Assembly (NCBI GenBank): GCA_964016885.1 | Contig: OZ024742.1 | Location: 22,506,001 to 22,570,000 of the forward strand | Origin: Eledone cirrhosa | Taxonomy: Eukaryota | Direction: 5' to 3' | Length of the DNA: 64,000 nucleotides | Part shown: one piece after another, positions 25,295-38,543 of the stretch | How positions within the stretch are numbered: position 1 is the stretch's first letter | Layout of the letters: every line of letters starts with the position of its first letter | The notes under the pieces: model-generated | Told to the model about the DNA's origin: nothing | The model's input: the letters and a program-made list of their open reading frames with translations, nothing else | Databases searched by the model: none | Made by a program: the position numbers and the translations under genes

Positions 25295-25453
25295 TGTACA
25301 CAAACGTACACGTACACAGAACAACACACGCATGTACACAGAAACACACACACACACACACACACACGTACACAGAACAACACATGCATGTACACAGAAA
25401 CACACACACATACACACACACGTACACAGAACAACACACGCATGTACACAGAA

Positions 25454-25489
<36 letters not shown>

Positions 25490-26077
25490 AACAACACACG
25501 CATGTACACAGAAACACACACACACACATACACTGAACAACACACGCATGTACACAGAAACACACACAGACGTACACGTACACAGAAACAAACACACACA
25601 CGCACACACACACGTACACAGAACCACACACACACGTACACGTACACAGAAACACACACACACACGTACACAGAACCACAAACAGACGTACGCGTACACA
25701 GAAACACACACACACACACAAACGTACACAGAACCACACACGCATACGTACACGCACACAGAAACACACACACACACACACACGTACACACACACACACG
25801 TAGACAGAACCACACACACACACGTACAAGTACACAGAAACACACACACACACACACGTACACGTACACAGAACCACACACACACACGTACACGTACACA
25901 GAAACACACACACATACACACGCGCGCGCGTACACAGAACCACACACACATGTACACAGAAAACACACATACACACACACATGTATACACATATAACACA
26001 TACACACACATATGTATATACATATTTTATCTATCTTTATCTCTCCATCAATCTCTGCCCTCCTCCCCTCTCTCTAA

Positions 26078-26110
<33 letters not shown>

Positions 26111-26310
26111 GACACATACACACACACACACGCACACACACATACATACACACACATACATATACACACACACATACACACACACGCACACACACGCACC
26201 CACACATACACCCCCCCCCCACACACCCACACATACACACACACACACATATACATACACACACACATACACACAGACACACACATACACACACACACAC
26301 ACACACATAT
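25295..26310. repeat. GTACACAGAA(CA)n minisatellite and (CA)n tracts
   Basis: Direct reading. Confidence 0.9.
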
Positions 26311-26399
26311 ACATATATATGCAAAAAAAGGTAAACGGAAATAACAAAGCAAACAGCACAGTACAATGAATATATATACATATATATTTATGTAAGTCC

Positions 26400-26832
<433 letters not shown>

Positions 26833-26842
26833 ATATATATAT

Positions 26843-27026
26843 ATATACGATATTAAACAAATGGAAACTATATTTATAAAACCATATTTATTTCATTATA
26901 CATATTTCGGGGATACCATATTAAAAATATGGCATGCCATATTTTTAATATGGTATCCCCGAAATATGTATAATGAAATAAATATGGTTTTATAAATATA
27001 GTTTCCATTTGTTTAATATCGTATAT
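26843..27026. repeat. 184-bp perfect, spacer-less palindrome
   Basis: Axis at 26934/26935 (GGCA|TGCC); arms checked base by base. Contains CCCC-GAAATATGTA followed by AATAAA. Confidence 0.93.
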
Positions 27027-27107
27027 CTACTCCAAAACTTGTTGAATGCTTTATATCAGTTATAAAATATTTACTTGTTGTAACCCAACAATTTTAAATA
27101 AAACTTT

Positions 27108-27214
<107 letters not shown>

Positions 27215-27429
27215 GCAGATACCGAAGAGAAATGGAAGAGATAGAGTGAAAGGTGAAGAGATATATAGAGCAATGAGAGAGAAAAAAGAAAAAAAGAAGA
27301 GAAGGAGGAAGCAGTGAGATATTGTGTCTGGTGAAAGTAAGACAATCGATTGGTTGAAACAATCTTGAGCTGAACTCTTATCCAATCGATGTTGAGCAAT
27401 AATTTAATCATATGAGTAATTGTTTTTAT

Positions 27430-28260
27430 CGCCATTGTTGATGTTAGTGTTTACTTGTTGTTGTTATTATAGTTGTTGTTATTGTTGTTGTTAGTGTTGT
27501 TGTTGTTGTTGTTGTTGTTGTTGTCCTTATCGCTATTGTTGATGTTAGTGTTTAGTTGTTATTGTTGTTGTTGATGTTGTTGTTTTTGTTGTTGTTGTTT
27601 TTGTTGCTGTTATTGTTCTTATTTTTGTTGTTAGCGGCTTGCTGTTGTTGTTGTTGTTATTGTTGTTATTGATTTTGTTGATATTGCTGTTGTTGTCGTT
27701 GTTGTAGTTGTTGTTGTTGTTATTGTTGATGATAGTGGTTTGCTGTTGTTGTTATTGTTATTGTTGTTATCGCTGTTATTGTTGTTGTTGTTGATACTTC
27801 TGTTGTTGCTGCTACTGCTACTGTTGTTGTTGTTGTTGTTGTTGTTGTTTTTGTTGTTATCGCTGTTATTGTTGTTGTTGTTGATATTGCTGTTGTTGTT
27901 ATTTTTGTCATTGTTGTTGTTATTGTTGAGGTTGTTGCTGATATTACTGTTATTGTTGTTATTGTTGTTATAGTTATTGTTGCTGCTGTTGTTGTTGTTA
28001 CTGTTGTTATTGTCTTTGTCGTTATTGTTGTCGTTGTTCTTGTTGCTGTTGTTGTTGTTGAGGTTGTTGTTGTTATTGCTGTTTTTGCTGATATTGCTGT
28101 TATTGCTGTTGTTGTTATTGCTGTTGTTGTTGTTATTGCTGTTGTCGTTATTGTTGTCGTTATTGTTGTTGTTGTTGTTGTTGTTGCTGCATTTGTTGTT
28201 GTTGATGTTGCTGCCGTCGTTGTTGTTGAGCTTGTGGCTGATATTAATGCTTCTGTTGTT
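27430..28260. repeat. Degenerate (TTG)n trinucleotide tract
   Basis: Direct reading; source of the poly-N/L/T ORFs. Confidence 0.93.
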
Positions 28261-28560
28261 TAATAGTTCTATCAATGCTTATGTCATAATATTTACATTG
28301 TTGTTTGTTTATAACTCATTGCTTTCATGACTAGAGACGTTATGCTGAATATGGCGTCGCTACAAATAGCTTATCTTGTTTCCAAAGGCAGCCATTACAT
28401 CGATCACCCTACCACCCTACCATTCACCAGGCCATCGATCTCCCTGTGATCCCCAAACTGGCGTTGGGGTTAGCATTTGATTTCCTCAGAGGGGGTCTAT
28501 TTTTAGACATCGTTACGCTTCTGGCTTTTCTCTCGCCCCGCCTCTATCCCTACACCCTGT

Positions 28561-28633
<73 letters not shown>

Positions 28634-28759
28634 CATATATACATATATACATACATATATGTATATATATACATATATACATACATATATACATATATAC
28701 ATATATATATACATATATACATACATATATACATACATATATACATACATATATATACA

Positions 28760-28816
<57 letters not shown>

Positions 28817-29841
28817 ATGTGTGTATGTATATATGTATGTATGCATATTTACATGTATGCTTATTTATATGTATGAATACATATTGATCTATTTATGCTT
28901 ATTTATATATTTATATGCATACATACACACACATATATATAATATAAATATATACACACACACACACACGCCCACACATATATGTATGTGTGTGTGTGTG
29001 TGTGTGTGTATGTCTATGTATGTGTATACATATATGGGTATGTATATATAAATATACATATGGACATATATCAATATATGTACAAGCATACACACACTCA
29101 CATGTGAATGATGAGGTGTAGTTTTGTATATTTGTTTATGTATGTGTATGAGTGCGATAGTTTTATATATACATTCGCCTAACATTTAATGATGAGTCGA
29201 AGGTTGCTTTCCATGGGACATGTAGTCGACAAGATCTGGCGAATAGTCGATATGTCCATATCTTTCTCAGTAAACGTAACTTATATAATAAATTGTTAAC
29301 TTTATTTACCATAACAATACATATATGGTGTTTATTTTTAGGTCTCTCACTTTGTTTGTATTATTTTATGGTATAATTAATATGGAATTATGTATGGTAA
29401 GATTACTGTCTTCTAATCTAGATAGAACAATTATAATTTGTAGCGGAAGAGGGGCGGAAATCGATTATATTGACACCATTATGTGACTGGTATTTATTTT
29501 GTAGATTTTAGAAGGATGAAAGGGTAATGGTGGCTCAGCGGGATTTGAACTCAAGGGAGTTTCAGTCCTGAAATTACGTGAATGGGGTCAGTTGATTACG
29601 TTAACCCCAATCACGATATTTCCATATTTAAACAAGGGACAACCTATTGGTATATGTAGACATAATGCAGAGTGTTCCCCCTTAAGTATTTTTTTTTCTA
29701 CTTTTTGTTGGTACACACAGATATATGTATACATACATACAAACATACATATATAATGCAATGGACCTGTTATTTTTATCTAAAGACTTTTTTCTCATTC
29801 CAGCCCGCCCGTCCCTTCAATCTATCTTATTTCTCATTCTT

Positions 29842-29877
29842 TCTTCTGATGAAGGACTAGCGTCCGAAACGTTAAGA
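29842..29877 (+). ncRNA. Minimal type I hammerhead ribozyme motif (solo pLTR ~29770-29965)
   Basis: TCTT-CTGATGA-A-GGAC(TAGC)GTCC-GAA-ACGT-T-AAGA with palindromic ACGT stem III. A homologous eroded copy is at 34990-35020. Confidence 0.78.
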
Positions 29878-29976
29878 CCCTCTTCCAGCTGTATCAAGCC
29901 GTTAACCTAATATATCCCTTCCATATACTCCACAGATTGTGTTGTTATTTCTGTTTAACTTTTACATACATACATA

Positions 29977-30072
<96 letters not shown>

Positions 30073-30074
30073 AT

Positions 30075-30215
30075 AATGGGTAAACATCGAAATTGTAGCC
30101 GCGGTATAGCAGATACCAATCGAATTGTTTGAGGCAGTCACGAAAGCACTCAATGGTATGAGAAGTTAATAAGTTTTCCCCCAGAGTAAACACTAAAAGT
30201 TAATTGTGTGACACT
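30075..30215. repeat. Unclassified dispersed repeat, second copy at ~34495-34640
   Basis: Shared blocks ATCGAA..GCRGTAYAGCA..TCGAWTTGTTT(T)GAGGCARTCAC..AGCAC..CAGAGT(T)AAACAC..TGTGACAC. Both copies start at a (TA)n tract. Confidence 0.65.
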
Positions 30216-30504
30216 ATGAGTAAAGCAACCAAAAACATGTTGCCATAGTAATAAAACAACATGGATATATATATATATATGTATATGATCGTGTGTGTCT
30301 GTGTGTGGGCGTGAGGGCATGTGTGTGTGCCTGACCATATCAGTAGAGCCACGAATACATAACCATTGTTAGCTTAGGTGAACCTTAAAAATCAGGAATG
30401 CCCCCCTCCCCAGTTTGAACTTGTCTACAGACACTTAGCTTGAATTCTTTCTGCCTTTGTTCTCTAAATATAGGCTTTGAAGAATTCTCGTTTCTTTAAA
30501 CCCA

Positions 30505-30570
30505 TCAACCAATGACCTCCACCCATCCCAATCACCACTCTCTCCTACCACCAGAGAAGGTATAAATACC
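30505..30570 (+). promoter_or_regulatory. Putative pLTR promoter: two CCAAT boxes and a TATA box upstream of a hammerhead
   Basis: CCAAT at ~30509 and ~30528, TATAAATA at 30561, 30 nt before hammerhead stem I; ATTAAA at ~30650. Confidence 0.45.
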
Positions 30571-30590
30571 ACCATATTACTTGGACAGTC

Positions 30591-30641
30591 GGCTTCCTGA
30601 TGATTTCTCCTGAATGAAACAGATCTAGTCCTGTAGAAGCC
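30591..30641 (+). ncRNA. Type I hammerhead ribozyme motif (same family as 26704)
   Basis: GGCTTC-CTGATGA-TTTC(TCCT)GAAT-GAA-ACAG(ATCTAGTC)CTGT-A-GAAGCC: 6-bp stem I, 4-bp stem III, predicted cut after 30635. Confidence 0.82.
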
Positions 30642-30921
30642 ATTGCTCTATTAAATATACATATACTTATTAAAATAATAGATTAAAGTTTAAGCAAAAA
30701 ATTGTTGCTTTCACTTTTAACGGGATCTTCTGAAACAAAAAAAAAAAACAATCTGTGAACGCAGAAGTAAATATTTCGAAAAACGTTGCAACCGAAGGAA
30801 AACAGGAAGACGATACTTTGGTTGGTGAAGACGTTGCCTGACAATGAACGGAAAAAAGCGAAGATAATACGTCGTTATATGGACCGTTGAGAACAATTTT
30901 AGTCTTCGCATTTATTATTAT

Positions 30922-30961
<40 letters not shown>

Positions 30962-31156
30962 GGATACTATTTATCGTTATGTATATATTACACTTTTTAT
31001 AGTTATGTATATTTTAAACCTTAAACAGTGAAGGTCAGTAATTTATTACTACCTTATTACCAGTAAGATAAATAGCTCAATGTAATAACATCAGTTGTTC
31101 TACAGAGCAGTTATATAGAATTCACAAGAATCAAAGCTATGTTCAAAGCATTTATT

Positions 31157-31203
31157 CACTTACAATTGTTTCATCCAAACCTAGGCTTGTGGTCTTCGGA
31201 GCA
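31157..31203 (-). ncRNA. Degenerate hammerhead motif at the 3' end of the Naiad-like element
   Basis: Minus strand TGCT-CCGAAGA-CCACAAGCC(TA)GGTTTGGAT-GAA-ACAATTGT-A-AGTG then AATAAA. U4->C in the core; palindromic stem III. Confidence 0.6.
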
Positions 31204-32546
31204 TTTTTCAATATTTGCACATATAATTGACCTCCTTTCCGACGCAAGAGACATACAGATACATATATATATATTGATGTACAGTGGAGTGACATATATT
31301 ACACTATACTATTTTTGTACAGCAATTCAAATTCAAGATCAAAATCAGAATCAAAATTAAATTCAAAATCAAAATTAAAATACATTCGGCAGATAACACA
31401 GATAATGCAGGAGGATAATTTGATAGTCAGATCTAGTAGGTAGTGTATGCGTTAGTTACACATGGAGCATGCAAGTGTGTCTCATTTTTATACGATTATT
31501 GTGTGGCAAGGTGTTACATGTAATGCAAGCAAGAGTATTATGGTAGTTGTAGTGGTAGGGTATTTTTACTATAGATCAAAAAAGTATGTGTGCAGAAAAA
31601 TAAAAAGAAAAAGAAGCGAAAGAAAGTTATAGTTTTCGTATCCACCACCATTTTCACACTTAGAAAAAGTAAGAGATAGTTTTTACATCCATCACATAAG
31701 TAACGATGATTCCGTAGTGAATGTTTAATGTATTAAATTATTGTAGTGTATTGAGGCTCAGTGTTATTTAATCCATATTTATAGAATAGGTTCTTTCTGC
31801 TGCGAGAATATACAGTGGTTTATTACTCGGAAGTATGTGTGTAATTAAGGGGAGTTAGTGCGTAAGTGGAGGTAACTAGCTGGTTCTCATAACTAAATTC
31901 ATTGTTCTAACATACATTATATGGTGCCTCAATTGAATCCCTTATATAAACGGTTATATATTTATATCTAGTTTTCAATTTTAAATACAGTCTACTCTCA
32001 AAACACATCAGAGGACCTATTAGAATTTTGTCTACATAATCCCTGGTAAGTTATGGAGCAGCGTATGGCTGTTTGCATGACAAAACCAAATACATCTCTA
32101 GGGCAGACAAATACATCCCTTATTTACAATGTCATTAATCTATCCATCAAGTTATACTTACATATATAATTCTTATATAATTCATATATAATTCATTGCA
32201 GCACCCTACATATAAGTTAGACAGATCCCTTATGTTAATAAATTAAACCTATATATATCCAATGTTATTACTCCATACATTTAATTACAATTGCATATAT
32301 AATTCACTGACGTATCTAGTATTTAAAGTTTATATAGACTGTATTATATCACTACATAATTATAAGTAATTGAAAGTAATTATATTAAAAGTAGTTGTTT
32401 ATAGGGATATTTCTATGGTATAAAGTTATAGATAGATGGAATGATTTGTGTCGAGATAGGGTGTATCAGAGAGTGTGGTGTTGTGGTGTAAGGCGTGCCC
32501 TTGAGCTGTGGTGTTAGAAGCGGTGATGGGTTCAAGTCTGACATTG

Positions 32547-34437
32547 TTATATATTGGGTTTAAAGTTTTGAAAGGAGTGCCGGAAGCGGTGCTGGCACGA
32601 TGCAAACACTTCCGATTTTTTATTAAGGAGGTTAAGGTTCGAGAAGATTATAGTATGGGTCTCTCGCAGACAGAGGTTACAGAATTTATTAGGTGGTCTG
32701 TACGATGCCGCCTTACCTATCACTTCCCATTGAAGTGTATAAGATCTATTTCTAGTTTTTAGATAGTGTATGTAACTAGATAGTGAAGTGGAGTTGGCTA
32801 GACTGTGTTTTTTGAAAGAAAGGACGTGTGAATTGTATCTGGTTTTGAAGCAGTTCGAAGTAGAGCCTATATAGGTTTCAGAAGAGTTGCTAGTTCTGAC
32901 GGTGCATGAGTATATGATGTCCTTGATTAAGTAGTTTTTATCTAAAGGACAAGTTCTATTAGATCTACAGTTACAATTTTTTTGGATGTTAACCTGCCGG
33001 TTATTATGTTGAAGTTTGGTTGCTAGGTATTGCATTATGGCTATGGGGGCTGTCGCTCCCAGTGTTATTGATTTCACTAGTGTTATTACTATTATTACTA
33101 TCAGGGTTTGCAGATATTACGTTTTTTTGAAAGTTTACCCCCTGCTGTGTTTTAGTTTGTTGAAAGTAAGTATTAATCTTTCTTTTATTGCTACTAGCTA
33201 AGTGGTATGCTATGTTAGGCGTGGTAGAGTAGGAGATTTTAATGGTGTTTTTATTTATAAGACTATGGTACTTGTGGCCAGATGGGAAGTTTTTATCCAG
33301 GAGTTAGAAGAAAGCCTTAGGTAGGTTGGTAGAGACGTTTAGATTGAACGGGGGGTTGAAAAATGTATTAGTTCTTCTTCTATTTTTGTTTTTTTTTATG
33401 TCTGGTGAGATGTTTTCGTTTATGGTATTTTGGTGTCCTCTCTGGTGTGAGTTACGTTTGTTGCCACCCTTCGTACTAGTGTGTGTGTGGTTATTATTCT
33501 TATTACTATTTTTCCTCATGGACATATTGTGCGAAATAATGTTGTAACTATGTGTTTTTATAGGTAGGAACTCGATCTCATTATTATGTCCTGATTGTGA
33601 GGGCGGTGGATTGGCAGTATCGGTAGAGGGTCGGACGCCATGCTTTCCAGTATAGTTACATCCCTTTACGATCTGAGTTCAAATCCCGCCTAGGTTGACT
33701 TTGCCTTTCATCCTTACGGGGTCGATAAAATAAAGTACCAGTAATGCACTGGGTAATTGCTGGCCTTGTGCCTAAATCAGAAACCATTATTATGTCCTGA
33801 TCTAGCTAATGCCTGATTATAGTATTGTGAGTTTTTGCTGAATATGGTTTCGTCATAAGATAGATTAGAGATTCTATTGGATATTCCTTTAGAGATAGAG
33901 TTTAATATTGATCTAGGGTGGTTAGACTTGGTATCTACGTAAATCAGTTTTTCGTTAGGTTTATGGAATGGTGTATATATCCTAGAGTCTAGGTAAAGGG
34001 TGGCATCTAGGAAGTTAACGTTTTTAGTGTGTTTGTCTGTGGTGATACTTAGGTTATAGTTTTTGAAAGTCTTGTGCAATAGTTTTCTAGTTCTTTCTAT
34101 ATTAAATTTTTTTAATAGTCTATAAGGAGTAGTGCATCGTCGCGGTACAAACCACCGTTGAGGTATGGAAGGTCCTTATGGATTTCGTTTAGTAGGTATA
34201 GGCCCACCAAATCAGTGACCTGCGCCGAGTCACTAGATCCCATGGTTATGTCAAAGTTGTTATGCGTATCCTTGCGGGTTCATAACTGGTCTTCAAAAGT
34301 GATTACGGTTTTGCGGGCCGCAAGTATGACATCAATCTGGGGTCTAGTCAGGTCACTATTGTTCATGGCCATAATTAGTGCCTTATTTAATAGGATAGGG
34401 GAAATAGAGGTTGTAGTATGAATTGATATCAAATTGA

Positions 34438-34440
<3 letters not shown>
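32547..34440 (-). pseudogene. PLE reverse transcriptase + GIY-YIG endonuclease (stops, frameshifts, SINE insertion)
   Basis: FDI..YY, FDITMGSSDSAQVTDLVGLYLL, GGLYRDDA (~34132-34155), VNFLD, KSNHP, FNPPFN, KISYS, then CNC-x5-CPL, IIY..YIGST..FKTRYNSH, CNLCLRE..LLNKKSE..CQH. The cysteine motifs around GIY-YIG fit Naiad-type PLEs. Confidence 0.9.
33596..33784 (+). mobile_element. Full-length tRNA-derived SINE with a 17-bp TSD, nested in the PLE ORF
   Basis: TSD CATTATTATGTCCTGAT at 33579-33595 and 33785-33801; A-box-like TGGCAGTATCGG; B-box GAGTTCAAATCC. Confidence 0.95.
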
Positions 34441-34493
<53 letters not shown>

Positions 34494-34919
34494 TATTTGT
34501 AAATCGAACTTTAACTGCAGTACAGCATGTACTATTCGATTTGTTTTGAGGCAATCACACAGCACACAATAGATCAAAGTTAAAAACAAACATTAAGTCC
34601 AGAGTTAAACACCGTAGTTATAAAATGTGACACCAACATAACCGACCGAAGGCACAAACTATACATACCACAAAATAACGAAATATACAAAAAGGTTTTT
34701 CATACCTGAACCATCTCACATTGATTAAAATCGATATAATCGATAACACTTCAGATAGGTTTCTGAAACACTCGGAAGTTATATAACAAAGTATATAATG
34801 TACAAGTATTACACAAGTATTATATATATATATATAAAACTGAGTTTCCTATACAATACCAGAAACGACAGTGTTCCAAGCGATGACTACTTGCATCGAC
34901 CTTTTTTTTCTCAAAATCT

Positions 34920-35110
34920 GTTTTTCGTTTCTGCCACCGCCCACTCTCATCTCTCTTTCCATTCTTTCTTTGATTTCTCATTCTAATTTCTGATGAAAGA
35001 CAAGCGTCCGAAATATTAACACACTTTTCCTACTATATTAATCGTAAACTAATAATATACCTCTTCATTGTACTGTGTCGTTTGCTTTGTTATTTCTGCT
35101 TGCCTTTTGC
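34920..35110 (+). mobile_element. Solo pLTR with an eroded hammerhead (family of 29842)
   Basis: CTGATGA-A-AGAC(AAGC)GTCC-GAAATATT at 34990; flanks resemble 29800-29965; the terminal ~50 bp also appear inverted at 26321-26368. Confidence 0.7.
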
Positions 35111-35210
35111 ACATATATATATATATATATATATAGTGCCCATATTTCGAGGACCGTAAGACCACAGATCTGTGTTGTACTCTGTGCATGGAGAGAGTGC
35201 AGAGTGGTTT

Positions 35211-35294
<84 letters not shown>

Positions 35295-35333
35295 CATTCA
35301 TGTATATATATAATTATATATATACATTCATGT

Positions 35334-35405
<72 letters not shown>

Positions 35406-35439
35406 TCATGTATACATCGCTATTCAGAGCACCAATCCT

Positions 35440-35472
<33 letters not shown>

Positions 35473-36489
35473 CCAGATATACCGCTGTAGTTATACATAC
35501 CTGTGTATACTGTTAGCAACTAACTGTTAGCAACTAACAATAAATTCGTAAACAATAAATATTTAACCATAATTTTACCACTGTATCTTTTTTGTGTTAG
35601 CAGATTATTATTATTAACATTATGATATTATTATCTTTATTATTATTAACAATGTGTTTGAATATAAAGTGAATTGCCGAAAAATATTGAAATGATAACA
35701 CCACGTATTTCGGCAGGGGCCCCTGACACTATCAGTGCAATTACGAAGCGAAATAAATATAATTTGTATAATAATACAATTTTTCTCTGTTCTCCTCCAT
35801 CTTCAGAGAGAAAAAATATATATACTTTTATCATGGAAGCAAGTGATAGCTTCTATATTTTTGTTTTCTCTTTCATTTTATATGTAGATTAGACGTGCAA
35901 AACTCCGGAAATGGCTGACTCTGTAAGCAACGACACGAACTCTACTTCAACAGCAACTGTTAAGGAACATTTTGAAGTAAATGTAGAATCTAATATAATT
36001 TCCGAACGTCTCTTATTTCTTCTTCTTCTTTTTCTTCTTCGTCTGTTTATCTACAGATAATATATTCAGTTTACATCACATGCTGCAGACAAATATCACG
36101 TTATGTTGTATTACTTTGATATTGGCAGAATCGCAACACGCACTTCGATATCAGCTCCCCCACGAGTATGAATAGAAAATAATAGATAGAATATTCGAAA
36201 TTATTGTAAAATCTTTGTTCGTCTCTCGAGAACATGGAGACAATCAATGCTTGATGATTTTTTCAACATTTTATATATAATCTGTTCGGAGGTAAATTTC
36301 TATTTTTCTTTGTTTCTTATACTACAGAGTAGCTAAAATAGTTTCATTCACGCACCACAATGTGTCATACGGTATATGAATATCTTCTAAACAAGTCCTC
36401 ATATAAACTTCAATAAGTGATTCTATATAGGAAAGTTTTCTATAAATCATTTTAGATTTATCTGCTAGTATAAATTATGTATAACCCGG

Positions 36490-36630
36490 TGAAATTGACA
36501 GAATTGTTAGAACGTCGGATAGAATGATTTGCGTTATTTGTTTCGGTTCTTTGCTCTCTGAGTTCAAATCCTGCCGAGGTCATATTTGCTTTTCATCTAT
36601 TCAAGGTCGATACAAAAATACCAGTCAAGA
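36490..36630 (+). mobile_element. Degenerate SINE copy (other eroded copies at ~29440-29555 minus and ~36840-36940 plus)
   Basis: TCTGAGTTCAAATCCTGCCGAGGTC..TTTGCTTTTCATC..GGTCGATA..AATACCAG. Confidence 0.75.
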
Positions 36631-37322
36631 ACTGAGGTCTATTCTTCCTCTGTATCTCTTTCTCACTTCCATTCTCTCACTCTCTGTCCTTCTCTGGAAG
36701 AAATATGTTGTATTCAGACTTGGAGAGGAGATGGGCCCTACCAGGTTTAAAAATGCCCTAGAAACGCCGTATGTCAATACAACGCCCTTGGGAGCTACCG
36801 GACCATGCATGTATTAGTTCCGTCTAACCAGTGGAAATTTTCAGAGTCGTTAAAGCAGTGTATTAACGGCCTCACTCTATTTCTACCAGATCACTTCACT
36901 CTGAATTCAAATACCTTTGATATCAACTTTACATTTTATGTTGGATTAATAGAATTGTTAAAACGTTAAAGATGATGCCACCGGGTATCTCTTTTGGCCA
37001 TTTACATTACCTGCGTTGAATTGTACAAACCCTTACCTTTACCATAGACATCATCATCTGCGACGAGAAAAGGGAGTTTTCAATGCTGAAGCTACTGCAT
37101 GACTTCCGCAAAGCACATTGCGCAGGACTATTCCACGGAAAGGAATTTTCTCACTGCAGAACTACGGTCGCACGAGATATACAGCGGTCACGCACCAATT
37201 CCGCTTCTTCTAAGTATTTTTCAATGTATCATTTTTATTATCTAAGAATATGTTTATATATTTATTTTATTGTATGTTGCTACATATTACATTGTATTAT
37301 AAGTTACAGTTTGCTACTGTTT

Positions 37323-37700
37323 GTTACATGTTACTAAAGGACAATAGACTAAAAGATACTACACAGTACTACATGGTATTATATTTGATATCAGGCCACA
37401 TGAGTGTCGTTACATGTTACTAAAGGACTAAAAGATACTACGCAGTACTACATGGTACTATATTTAGCATCAGGCCACATGTGTGTCATTACTTGTTACT
37501 AAAAATCAATAGACTAAAATATACTACACAGTACTACATGGTACTACATTTGATATCACTCCACATATGTGTCGCTACAAGTTTTTAAAGGACCATAGAT
37601 TAAATGATAGTAAAAGAACTACATGGTACTATATTTAACCTCAGGTCACATGTGTGTCGCTACATGATACTAAAGAACATAGACTAAAATATGTTACACG
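37323..37700. repeat. ~86-bp tandem repeat, ~4.5 diverged copies
   Basis: Unit GTTACATGTTACTAAAGGACAATAGACTAAAAGATACTACACAGTACTACATGGTACTATATTTGATATCAGGCCACATGTGTGTC. Confidence 0.9.
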
Positions 37701-37987
37701 ATTTCATATCACTTTAATATATTGGTTTTTACTACATCCTCCCACATGTTGTTACATGTAATTGTACATCGATCATACGGCTAAATAAATCGATAGTGTG
37801 TTGGTAGAAGCATGAAACAGCGCAATGTTCCATATTCTGCCAACATCAGCACACTATAACCAAGGTAATACTATTTATCAGTCTTTAGTCATGTCCACTT
37901 AATTGTAAATAGTTACAAGATCGACCTTTTAAGTGGTAGAAGGTGGATATAAACAAATAATCATTTTTATTAAATTAGCAGTAGCAG

Positions 37988-38200
37988 AGCGGCGGATTGG
38001 CAATATCGGCAGAGAATCGGAGACCATGCTTTGCAGCATAGAGTTACGGTCCTTTACAGTCTGAGTTCAAATCCTGCCCAGGTTAACTTTGCCGTTCATC
38101 CTTACGGCGTCCATAAAATAATGTACCAGTCATGCACTGGGGTCGATTTAATCGACTTTCCCCTTCCTCCAAATTACTGGCCTTGTGCCTAAACAAGAAA
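37988..38200 (+). mobile_element. tRNA-derived SINE, long form
   Basis: Full head and body plus the extra GGGGTCGATTTAATCGACTTTCCCC segment. Confidence 0.9.
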
Positions 38201-38261
38201 CTGTTGAATTAGCTGTAGCATTAAGACAGCATGACCATATATACAATATATTTATGTATAA

Positions 38262-38543
38262 TGTTTCCTAATTTAGGCTCATGCCCAATAATTTTGGGAG
38301 AGGCAAAGTCGATTAAATCGACCCCAGTGCGTTACTGGTACTTTATTTTATCGATACAGTAAGGATGAAAGGCAAAGCTAACCTCTGCGGGATTTGAACT
38401 CAGAACGTAAGGGGCCGTAACTCTATTTCACAAATTATGTTGTCCGACGCTCCACCGATACTACTATTCCACTAAACTTTAATGGTTTCTGATTTATGCT
38501 CAAGGCCAACAATTTTGGAGGAAGCAAGAAGTCAATTAAATCG
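38262..38543 (-). mobile_element. Long-form SINE (38262-38470) plus the 3' tip of another copy (38482-38543) cut by the satellite
   Basis: Reverse complement of the 37988 copy. The second copy stops at AAGTCAATTAAATCG, where the satellite begins. Confidence 0.85.

Larger units (their letters stand above)
30957..34441 (-). mobile_element. 5'-truncated Penelope-like element, Naiad-like clade
   Basis: RT + GIY-YIG relic at 32547-34440, ~1.3-kb AT-rich 3' region, eroded hammerhead at 31157-31203 plus AATAAA. Both ends are at (TA)n; the 3' boundary is approximate. Confidence 0.85.

Noticed and set aside
27631-28330. Poly-Asn/poly-Leu ORFs as real proteins
   Set aside because: They arise from the degenerate (TTG)n tract in several frames at once; no unique coding flanks.
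32547-33000. Selenocysteine-encoding Naiad
   Set aside because: No in-frame TGA at the conserved Cys positions in this fragment.
33596-33700. tRNA genes at SINE heads
   Set aside because: A/B boxes are present but there is no proper cloverleaf; each continues into a SINE body, one with a TSD.
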